A DNA stretch of 33,913 nucleotides, taken from a virus. Taxonomy: Duplodnaviria > Heunggongvirae > Uroviricota > Caudoviricetes. The stretch is taken from the IMG/VR virus record IMGVR_UViG_3300013102_000003, positions 134,644 through 168,556 of that record. One strand, given 5' to 3'. The position numbers and the translations under genes are program-made. The notes beneath the pieces are model-generated. The model saw only the letters and a program-made list of their open reading frames with translations. It had not been told where the DNA came from and made no database searches. The number at the start of each line of letters is the position of its first letter. Position 1 is the stretch's first letter. Of the stretch, positions 7,515-15,324 are shown piece after piece.

Positions 7515-9905
7515 TTGGCTAACGATTACCACTGGCGCAGTACTAAAGCAAAGAAGCAACTCAGAGACCGTTTCGGGCGCTGGATCTCCCTAGGAGCCAA
7601 CGTGCGCTTCCGTGGCGACGGCGCAGAGCAGTCCGGTGTGGTTACCAGCGTCATCGACGGCAAGGCCTATGTCGATCAGAAGAACCTCGATGGTACGGTC
7701 ACACAGAAGATCATTGACCCGTCCGCCATCCGCGTTATCGCGTCGAAGGCAACCCTGCCACCGGACGGCAAGAAGATCCGTGACGAGGACAACAACTTCG
7801 CTGCTGCCCTGAAGACCCCTGAATTCCAGAACGCCCTCACAACGAACGGTGAGGCCGTGATTGAGCGTGCGGATGGCTATGCCCTCTCCGCAGAGTTGCA
7901 GGACGATGCACAGGGCGGCGAGAATGATGTCAAGGACGGAACTGAGCCGGAGCCTCACGAGGACAAGTCCACTGGCAACAATATCATGTACCAGCTTTTC
8001 GCGCCCGGTGGCCGAAGCCTTGGACAGTACGGACAGGCCGCAGTAGGTGACTTCGATGCCATGGTCTCGGAGGACCAGATCGGCCAGACCGCTGACACCA
8101 ACCCTACAGGCGGTGGAGAAGCTGCCCCTGCCGCTGTAGCCGCCTCTGTCTCCATCTCCGGAGAAGAGAAGCCGTACCGTGTCCCGGAGTCCGTCAAGAG
8201 CGACATCCAGTCCACGATTGCCAGCCTGTCCGTTGAGCTACCAGAGGCTGACCTAGCTGTGGCGACACGTCTTGCCAATGATTCTACCGTTTCCCTCTCA
8301 GATGTAGAATGGGTTCACGGGTTTTTCTCAGAACATGACCTAGATGAGAAAATCAGGGGCGGGTTCAAGGGCCGCAAGTGGGCCTCCAAGATTGTTGACT
8401 CCGGTGACGAAATTACCGCACCCGATGACATTGAGGTTGACACACACCCGAAGTACACCTTTGACGACGACACCTACGGGTACTTTGCTGTCGGCAGGGA
8501 TGCCGGGTCGAGCATTGTCAACAAGCTTCTCGCTGTAGACTATGAGACCGGTGAGGTCTACTCGTGGTCACCTGACGGGTTCTGTGCCATCCCGGACATG
8601 GACATGAAAGAAGTGGACGAACCACAGATCATCCCGATTGACGAGATGACGGCTGATGAGTTCGCCCACTGGCTGGACTCCGGCAGTGCCGAAGAGTTTG
8701 ATATTCTTGATACAAATCCTGAAGAGCGAAACCTGTTCACTCTGGCTGATGCGGAGATAGACTATGATGAGCTAGACCGATCATACTCTATCATTGCTGC
8801 TGCCGGTGACGGAGTGTATACCCCTGTTGAGCGTTCCCAGAATGCCAAAGTACAGCAGCGCGGCGCTGGCGGCAAGTTCGGTGAGACTCCGGACGCTGCC
8901 CCTGCCGTACCTGAGGGTGAAGAACCCAAGGTTCAGAAGGCTAGACTGCCTGTAGAGCTTCCCATCGTCGCTGACCCTGCCGCACGTATCGCTGAATGGC
9001 TCTCAACAGCCGCTGAAGCCCCCGTGGTGGCCGCAGGAGAGGCTTCAGGTACTCCCGAGTACACTGAGGAAGATCAGGCCGTAGAAGACGCTGCAACAGG
9101 CCCCACAGACGAGGCCCTGTACTTCGCCATTGTTGACGAGATCGACAAGTCGGCTGTACTCGATGCAATTGCCATTGTCAAGTCAAACGGACAGCCGTCT
9201 GCATTCATCCGTCAGGGTGGAGCATGGGTTGCGTCTCCGGATACACTCACACTGCTTCAGGGTGCTACCCCGCCGACTGTGGTCGAGCTTCCTGATCCTG
9301 CAACCGTCAAGACGGTTCTTGAGCAGATCGATGCCCACGACGCTGGAGGCGACACCACGCCTGACCCTGAGGAAGCAGCACTTCCCAAGCCCGGTGAGGT
9401 TCCGCTGGCAGCTTCAGGTTACGCACTGGCTGATGGGTCATACACTATCATTGATGTAGATGACCTAAAGGAAGCAGTTGTTGCATCCGCTGCAACCGCT
9501 GACATCTTCGTGAAGGCCCACATCCGCAAGCGTGCCCGTGCACTCAACCGTATGGATGTTGTTCCAGCGGAATGGCGCGAATTCTCGCTTGCAGAGATTG
9601 GCGAACTGACTGCCGAGCGCAATGCTTACGGCGAGTTTGGTGAAATCCTGACGGCGTCCGCTGGACCTAAGCACGGCCACGGCAACGCGGCACAGCTACA
9701 GGCCTACTGGACCACCGGAAAGGGCGCTCTCAAGATCCGCTGGGGTACCAAGGGTGATCTTACCAGAGCACACAAGCATTTGGCAAAGTACGTTGGACCG
9801 CAGCGCTCATGGGGCCTCGCCCAGAACTACCACAGGAGCCTCTTCGGAGTCTACAACCACACACACGATGTTGCAACCGGACAGTACGTTCCGAGAAGAA
9901 AGTAG
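7515..9905 (+). CDS. Modular head-region protein (about 796 aa), probable virion-associated polyprotein
   Basis: ORF 7461..9905. TTG 7515 is preferred (RBS GGAAGG at 7502-7507), giving MANDYHWRSTKAKKQLRDRFGRW. It contains an SH3-like segment, a YRVP...RLAN...GGxxGxxWA module, two related beta-rich modules, an ALADGSY...HIRKRARAL module (DUF6582-like) and a C-terminal YWTTGKGALKIRWGTKGD module. It lies immediately upstream of the capsid protease. Confidence 0.8.
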   Translation: MANDYHWRSTKAKKQLRDRFGRWISLGANVRFRGDGAEQSGVVTSVIDGKAYVDQKNLDGTVTQKIIDPSAIRVIASKATLPPDGKKIRDEDNNFAAALKTPEFQNALTTNGEAVIERADGYALSAELQDDAQGGENDVKDGTEPEPHEDKSTGNNIMYQLFAPGGRSLGQYGQAAVGDFDAMVSEDQIGQTADTNPTGGGEAAPAAVAASVSISGEEKPYRVPESVKSDIQSTIASLSVELPEADLAVATRLANDSTVSLSDVEWVHGFFSEHDLDEKIRGGFKGRKWASKIVDSGDEITAPDDIEVDTHPKYTFDDDTYGYFAVGRDAGSSIVNKLLAVDYETGEVYSWSPDGFCAIPDMDMKEVDEPQIIPIDEMTADEFAHWLDSGSAEEFDILDTNPEERNLFTLADAEIDYDELDRSYSIIAAAGDGVYTPVERSQNAKVQQRGAGGKFGETPDAAPAVPEGEEPKVQKARLPVELPIVADPAARIAEWLSTAAEAPVVAAGEASGTPEYTEEDQAVEDAATGPTDEALYFAIVDEIDKSAVLDAIAIVKSNGQPSAFIRQGGAWVASPDTLTLLQGATPPTVVELPDPATVKTVLEQIDAHDAGGDTTPDPEEAALPKPGEVPLAASGYALADGSYTIIDVDDLKEAVVASAATADIFVKAHIRKRARALNRMDVVPAEWREFSLAEIGELTAERNAYGEFGEILTASAGPKHGHGNAAQLQAYWTTGKGALKIRWGTKGDLTRAHKHLAKYVGPQRSWGLAQNYHRSLFGVYNHTHDVATGQYVPRRK

Positions 9906-9910
9906 TATCC

Positions 9911-11512
9911 ATGAAAATCATGCCAAACTTTGACGAGGAAATCGTCAAGTCGCTAGCCTTTGATGAAGCCATGGTTGCTTCCGCTGCTGTAGCGGCGTCA
10001 GAGTTCTCCAGCATCAACGAAATCGAAACCACGCTCTACACATTTGATGAAGAGCTTGGCCAGTACCGTGACGTTGACGGAAACGCACCCGTTGTTGCCG
10101 CAATCATTGCGTCTGCTGTTGTCCCCTCCGGTGGCCGCTTTATCATCCCTCTCGCTGTACCGGAAGAGGTTTCCTCCGGTGATGAACGTTCCTTTAAGAA
10201 AGACTCTATCACAACCCGTGATCTTCCGCTACCCCTAATGTGGCAGATCAAGACTGGTGCAGGTCACGAAGGATCTGTAGTCGTTGGGCGTATCGATTCC
10301 ATCGAACGCCTTGAGAACGGTCTTGGAAATGCACGCGGTGTATTTGATGTTGGACCCTATGGACGAGAAGCAGAGCGAATGGTTCGCGGTAAGTTCCTCC
10401 GTGGAGTTTCCGTTGACCTCGACAAATTTGAGGCAGAGGTTGAGGAAGAGCCTGAAAAAGAGCTATCCAAGAAGGATGACCTCCCTGCAAAGAAACAAAA
10501 CTCCATTAAGAACGAAAAGATTGTCGTTGACTCTGCTCGACTAATGGGTATCACCATCGTACCAAAACCAGCATTTCAGGAGTGCTACATTATGATTGAA
10601 GAAGAGCCAATTCTGGAGCTTGAAGAGCTTCCTCTCGCTGAGGGAATCTACGAGGAAATCCCAGAGGATTACGAATACCAGCTTGCGGCTCTTGCTGCAT
10701 CGGCTGCTCCAGTTGTCCCGCCCAAGTCGTGGTTCAAGGACCCCGGACTGTCACAGGCAACACCGCTGACCATCACAGATGACGGTAAGGTCTTTGGACA
10801 CATTGCCGCGTGGCAGACCTCCCACATTGGTATGCCCGGACGTGGCGTCAAGCCACCGCGCTCTGCATCCCAGTACGCGTACTTCCGAAACGGCGTTCTG
10901 CGCACGGATGAAGGTGACGTTCAGGTTGGGCAGCTAACCCTTGCTGGCGGGCACGCATCCCTACAGGCGTCTGCTGACGAAGCTATCAAACACTATGATG
11001 ACACGGCTTCTGCTGTGGCTGACGTGGTTGCTGGCGAAGACCAGTTCGGCATCTGGGTTTCGGGGTCTCTCCGTCCAGAGGTGACACCCTCACAGATCCG
11101 TGCGTTCCGTGCGTCCTCACCGTCCGGTGACTGGCGTCCGATCAATGGCCGTCTGGAGCTTGTAGCCGTCTGCCAAGTGAATGTACCGGGATTCCCGATT
11201 GCACGCGCTATTACGGCCTCCGGTGGCGTTCCGGGAGCACTCGTTGCTGCTGGTGCCGCGTACCTTGCTGAACTCCGTGAGGACAACAAGCTTTCTGAGC
11301 TTGATCGTAGACTATCTAAGATCGAAGCAACGGAGCTATCCTCCAAGGCTGAAGCGGCTCGCGGTCGCATGGGTGCTCTTGTCACTCAGCGCAACGCTGA
11401 ACTGTCTTCCAAGGCTGACGCCGCACGTGCCCGCATGATGTCTACTCGCCAGTCCGCTGACGCAGAGCTTGCGGCCAGCGTAGCACGTTTGCGAGCAAAG
11501 TTCAATAGCTAG
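9911..11512 (+). CDS. Capsid maturation protease (two protease-like halves)
   Basis: The listed start at 9809 overlaps the previous gene; ATG 9911 (or 9920) follows its stop. SGDERSF...PLPLMWQ...GHEGSVVVGRID...LRGVSVDLD matches HK97-type prohead protease His/Ser motifs of mycobacteriophage cluster-B-like phages. The second half reads PPxSWFxDP...GHIAAW...HYD...SGDWR...VNVPGFP. The gene precedes the capsid gene. Confidence 0.85.
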   Translation: MKIMPNFDEEIVKSLAFDEAMVASAAVAASEFSSINEIETTLYTFDEELGQYRDVDGNAPVVAAIIASAVVPSGGRFIIPLAVPEEVSSGDERSFKKDSITTRDLPLPLMWQIKTGAGHEGSVVVGRIDSIERLENGLGNARGVFDVGPYGREAERMVRGKFLRGVSVDLDKFEAEVEEEPEKELSKKDDLPAKKQNSIKNEKIVVDSARLMGITIVPKPAFQECYIMIEEEPILELEELPLAEGIYEEIPEDYEYQLAALAASAAPVVPPKSWFKDPGLSQATPLTITDDGKVFGHIAAWQTSHIGMPGRGVKPPRSASQYAYFRNGVLRTDEGDVQVGQLTLAGGHASLQASADEAIKHYDDTASAVADVVAGEDQFGIWVSGSLRPEVTPSQIRAFRASSPSGDWRPINGRLELVAVCQVNVPGFPIARAITASGGVPGALVAAGAAYLAELREDNKLSELDRRLSKIEATELSSKAEAARGRMGALVTQRNAELSSKADAARARMMSTRQSADAELAASVARLRAKFNS

Positions 11513-11517
11513 AGCTT

Positions 11518-11550
11518 AGGGCCTCCCGTTACACACGGGAGGCCCTTTCT
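11518..11550 (+). terminator. Intrinsic terminator hairpin
   Basis: AGGGCCTCCCGT-tacac-ACGGGAGGCCCT is a perfect 12-bp stem followed by TTCT, 6 nt after the protease stop. Confidence 0.85.
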
Positions 11551-11609
11551 CATTGTACGCCATTAAGCGTGCTCTGTCAAGCAAAACTTGCTGCACACCC
11601 ATTTTTTTA

Positions 11610-11618
11610 TGATATACT
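11610..11618 (+). promoter_or_regulatory. Extended -10 promoter for the capsid operon (TGATATACT)
   Basis: TGn-TATACT preceded by a T-tract, with a possible -35 TTGCTG at 11588-11593 (19-nt spacer), about 110 nt before the capsid start. Confidence 0.65.
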
Positions 11619-11728
11619 GGAGTCATACTTTAAGCGCGAAGTGTCTAGAACGCTCGCCCTTCTGCTGAATGTCACTAAAACACCCGATGGACATATTCGT
11701 CCACCTCTATAAATCTAAGGAGGGAACT

Positions 11729-13654
11729 GTGGATTCAATCCGTGAAAACCTTGATCGCCTAGCCGATCTGTCACCGGAAGAACTCTCAGCCCTACAGGAA
11801 AAGATTGTGGCCGAATTTGGTTCGCTTTCAGATTCCGTTGGAGACAATCCCACACGCGAAGTCGTAGATGCTATGAACGAATTGGCTGACGCTAACGATG
11901 TAGTCGTTAACGAGACAGACCGTCGTGTAGCTGAGACAGCCGAACTCGCATCCGCTGCTGAAGAAGCAATTTCCCGCATGACTGCTGGAGATGCCGAAGC
12001 TGAAGCAACAGATGTCGCAGAAGGCGAAGAGACCGGCTCAGAAGAAGAACTCGCAGCCCCTGACGCTCCAGAGGAAGAGGAAGAAGCACCCGCTGAAGCC
12101 CCTGCCGAAGGAACCGAAGAGGAAGAAGCTGGCGAGACTCCGGCAGAAGAAGACGAAGAGAAGAAGAAGGACCTAAAGCCCTTCTCCGCTGAGTCTGAGA
12201 CTGCTGCTGAAGCCGTAGTAGACGCTCCAGCCGAAGCTGAAGCATCTGTCGAAGAAGCACCAGAGGCTGAAAGCGCCCCTGAAACCCCTAATGAAGTTGT
12301 AGCAGAATTCGCTACAGAAGAGTCTAACACAGAAAGCCCGGTGGAAACAGTGACCGCCTCCACAACACCAGAAGAGCTTGCATTTGAAGCTCCCGCAGAG
12401 CTACGCCCTGCACCTAAGGCTGCTAAGGCCCCAATCGTAATTACTGCTGGTGCTGACCTTCCGGGCATCACAGCAGGCTCCGAGCTTTCCAGCATCTCTG
12501 ATGTTGCACAGGCTCTTCTTTCCCGCAAGCACGGCATGGGCCGCACTTCCGGTGGAGACGGCGAGCAGCACACCGTTGCACGCTTCGCAACTTCCTTCCC
12601 AGACAGCCGTATGCTCTTCAGCAACGATGTTGAAGGTAACCGCGCCAAGATCAACAACGTTGTCTCCCCTGAGGCCGTTGTTGCTGCCGGTGGCCTTACC
12701 GCTCCGGTTGACACCTCCTACGACATCTTCGAGCTTGGCGAGACTTCTGTCCGCCCAGTCCGTGACGCTCTCGCCGTATTCGGTGCAGATCGTGGTGGCC
12801 TCCGCTTCATGACCCCACCGCTGCTTACTGACCTGAACGGTGCAGTTTCCGTTTGGACCATGCAGGATGACATCGACGCCTCCACACCTGAAGGCCCGAA
12901 CCCGGTCAAGCCTTGCCTCCGCGTTGCAGCAGGCGTTGAAGTTACCGTCTACACCGACGCTATCCCGCTCTGCCTCACCTTCGGTAACCTTGGCGCACGC
13001 GCCTACCCGGAGCTTGTTGAGCGCCACACCCAGCTTGGAATGGTTCAGCACGCACGTTTCGCTGAGACCCGCCTGCTTACCCGCATCGGTGCCCTCTCCA
13101 CACAGGTTACAGCCGGTGCAGAGCTTGGCGCAGCACGCGACATCTTCGTCCAGATCGAACAGGCAGCTTCTGCTTACCGCAGCCGCTACCGTCTTGACCC
13201 GAAGTCCCCGCTTCGCGTTATCTTCCCTGAGTGGTTCAAGAATGCACTCCGTGCAGACCTGACCAAGCAGCTTCCGGGAGATGGCCGCGACGGTACCTTC
13301 AACCTTGGCGAGTCCGAGATCAACAAGTGGTTCACCACTCGTCAGATCAACGTTTCTTGGCACCTTGACGGCGAGACCGGCCAGATCTTCGGATCACAGG
13401 CTGATGGCGCTCTTCTCGGATTCCCGACCGACGTTATCTGGTACCTCTTCTCTGAGGGCACCTTCGTATTCCTTGATGGCGGAACACTGGACCTCGGACT
13501 TGTCCGCGACTCCACCCTGAACGGCACCAACGATTACAAGATCTTCCTCGAAACTTTCGAGGGCGTTGCCAAGGTCGGCGTAGAGTCCCTACGCGTCAAG
13601 TCCACCCTGAAGATCAAGGGTTCATCCTCCGCTACTACTGTAGTTGCAGGCTAG
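11729..13654 (+). CDS. Major capsid (hexamer) protein with N-terminal fused acidic scaffolding region
   Basis: GTG 11729 has a strong RBS AAGGAGG at 11717-11723. An N-terminal helical then Glu/Ala/Pro-rich region is followed by AVVAAGGLTAPVDTSYDIF...RGGLRF...KPCLRV...GNLGARAYPEL...LDLGLVRDSTLNGTNDYKIFLETFEG, characteristic of cluster-B/Patience-like actinophage major capsid proteins. Confidence 0.9.
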   Translation: MDSIRENLDRLADLSPEELSALQEKIVAEFGSLSDSVGDNPTREVVDAMNELADANDVVVNETDRRVAETAELASAAEEAISRMTAGDAEAEATDVAEGEETGSEEELAAPDAPEEEEEAPAEAPAEGTEEEEAGETPAEEDEEKKKDLKPFSAESETAAEAVVDAPAEAEASVEEAPEAESAPETPNEVVAEFATEESNTESPVETVTASTTPEELAFEAPAELRPAPKAAKAPIVITAGADLPGITAGSELSSISDVAQALLSRKHGMGRTSGGDGEQHTVARFATSFPDSRMLFSNDVEGNRAKINNVVSPEAVVAAGGLTAPVDTSYDIFELGETSVRPVRDALAVFGADRGGLRFMTPPLLTDLNGAVSVWTMQDDIDASTPEGPNPVKPCLRVAAGVEVTVYTDAIPLCLTFGNLGARAYPELVERHTQLGMVQHARFAETRLLTRIGALSTQVTAGAELGAARDIFVQIEQAASAYRSRYRLDPKSPLRVIFPEWFKNALRADLTKQLPGDGRDGTFNLGESEINKWFTTRQINVSWHLDGETGQIFGSQADGALLGFPTDVIWYLFSEGTFVFLDGGTLDLGLVRDSTLNGTNDYKIFLETFEGVAKVGVESLRVKSTLKIKGSSSATTVVAG

Positions 13655-13706
13655 TAGTAAATCAATAGTAACAGTAGCTGGACTCAGAATCAACTAAGGA
13701 ATCAAC

Positions 13707-14576
13707 ATGGCACGCAGTAACACCACCCTAGTCCCCACAGCGGGACTTGAGGTCGCCCCCTTCGGTATTCTGAGTCCAGCTACCACTACGTACAACGAGA
13801 GTGACAGCTTCTGGACTTCTGGGCTTACCTACGAAGATCTGGACGCCGGTGTAGTTGTTGTCAACGGATCGATCTACGGAGTCAGCCCTGCTGCATCCGT
13901 AACGGTTGTTGACAACAGCGCTTCTAAAGAACACTTCAAGACGTACTATCCTTTCGATGTCAAGGCATCCGTGAAGGTTTCCACCATGGGAACCAACCCG
14001 GCTGATATTGAAGCAAGCGCCAAGGCGGCGCTTGACATTGTGACCCAGAAGGCCGTTGAGACGGAATTCTGGAATGGCGATGTAGCAAAACTTCTTACCA
14101 CTGACAATGATAACAGATACCTCGCTTCGGCGCAATCTGTAGATGTGACCCCTACACCGGGAACAGCCGTCAAGGTTCGTTACGGTCTGGCGCTGTTGGA
14201 GCAGGCAATTGCCAACTCCCCAGTAGGCGCACAGGGACTTATTCACGCACCAAGAGATGTAGCTTCCACGCTACCCCTTGACAAGGATGGTACCACACTT
14301 CGAACCTCTCTGGGAACACCTGTAGTTGCAGGCGTTGGATACTCAAAGAAGGGTCCGACCGGAGCAGTAGCTGCCGCTGGCAAGGCTTGGATGTACGCAA
14401 CCGGGCCTGTCTCGGTTCGTCTCGGCCCCACCATTGTTACACCCGGAAACCTGAATCAGGCTGTCGATATTCGCGTCAACAACATTGAGTACTTCGTTGA
14501 CCGCTCAGCAGCCGTTACATGGTCCACCACCACGTCGTACGCAGTACTCGTTGATCTAACACTAGACTACGCATAA
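13707..14576 (+). CDS. Capsid pentamer-like / minor capsid protein
   Basis: RBS AAGGA. Directly follows the major capsid gene. LEQAIA...GLIHAP...LRTSLGTPVVAGVGY...WMYATGPV resembles the second HK97-fold capsid protein of this phage lineage. Confidence 0.7.
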   Translation: MARSNTTLVPTAGLEVAPFGILSPATTTYNESDSFWTSGLTYEDLDAGVVVVNGSIYGVSPAASVTVVDNSASKEHFKTYYPFDVKASVKVSTMGTNPADIEASAKAALDIVTQKAVETEFWNGDVAKLLTTDNDNRYLASAQSVDVTPTPGTAVKVRYGLALLEQAIANSPVGAQGLIHAPRDVASTLPLDKDGTTLRTSLGTPVVAGVGYSKKGPTGAVAAAGKAWMYATGPVSVRLGPTIVTPGNLNQAVDIRVNNIEYFVDRSAAVTWSTTTSYAVLVDLTLDYA

Positions 14577-14591
14577 ATTAGGAGATAAACA

Positions 14592-15233
14592 ATGGCACAA
14601 GACAACGCCTCCGCAGTTGCGGGTATGGCAATCCGTCTTACTCGTCTAGCTGCCGATGGTGCGCCCGTTATTGGCGCAAGCGCATCATACGTCACAAAGA
14701 AGTTCGTATCCCTCGGCTTCACACCGGAATACGAGACTGGAGATGAATTCACAACCAAGGCAGCAGACGGTACCGTTTGCGCCTCGTGGAAGGCTCCAGA
14801 CACACTCAAGCGCGTCACACTGAGCATTGCGCTCTGTGATCCCGATCCCGAGTTCACCGAAATGATTGCCGGTGGAACTCTGCTTTCTTCAGGCGGCAAG
14901 TCCGTAGGTTGGAAGGCACCTCTCGTAGGTGTCGATGCTACTCCTAACGGTGTTGCTATCGAAGTTTGGGCTATTGCGAACGTCGGTGGCCGTCAGGCTT
15001 CCGTCAACCCGTACTGGCACTTCGTCTTCCCATACGCACAGATGCACATGGCCGGAGAACGCGCAATCCAGAACGACCTCATGGCGACAAGCTTTGAAGG
15101 CTGGTCCGTTGGAAACCCATCGTTCGGAGACGGCCCCGCTGCTCCGCTTTGGCCTTTCGCATCGGATTCCCCGATTGCTTACGCTCGTACCACAGCTATC
15201 CCTGCTGGAACTGGCTACCAAACAGTAGCATAA
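14592..15233 (+). CDS. Major tail (tube) protein
   Basis: RBS AGGAG. IRLTRLAADGAP...TPEYETGDEFTTKAADGTVC...TLKRVTLSIALCDPDPE is typical of cluster-B-like tail tube proteins. A terminator follows. Confidence 0.85.
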   Translation: MAQDNASAVAGMAIRLTRLAADGAPVIGASASYVTKKFVSLGFTPEYETGDEFTTKAADGTVCASWKAPDTLKRVTLSIALCDPDPEFTEMIAGGTLLSSGGKSVGWKAPLVGVDATPNGVAIEVWAIANVGGRQASVNPYWHFVFPYAQMHMAGERAIQNDLMATSFEGWSVGNPSFGDGPAAPLWPFASDSPIAYARTTAIPAGTGYQTVA

Positions 15234-15248
15234 GCTACAAACTAACAC

Positions 15249-15285
15249 AACCGGCTGGTTCCTCTTGGAGCCAGCCGGTTCTGTT
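15249..15285 (+). terminator. Intrinsic terminator hairpin
   Basis: AACCGGCTGGTTCC-tctt-GGAGCCAGCCGGTT forms a 14-bp stem with one G-U pair, followed by CTGTT. Confidence 0.8.
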
Positions 15286-15290
15286 ATGTG

Positions 15291-15299
15291 TGGTATAAT
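15291..15299 (+). promoter_or_regulatory. Extended -10 promoter (TGGTATAAT)
   Basis: Consensus TGn-TATAAT immediately after the terminator and about 25 nt upstream of ATG 15325. Confidence 0.75.
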
Positions 15300-15324
15300 T
15301 AATCTAAAGAGCATTGGAGAATAC

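Noticed and set aside
9809-9910. N-terminal extensions of listed ORFs (9809; likewise 7461, 11669, 15265, 6829)
   Set aside because: They overlap the previous gene, a terminator or a leader; downstream starts have better RBS or spacing.
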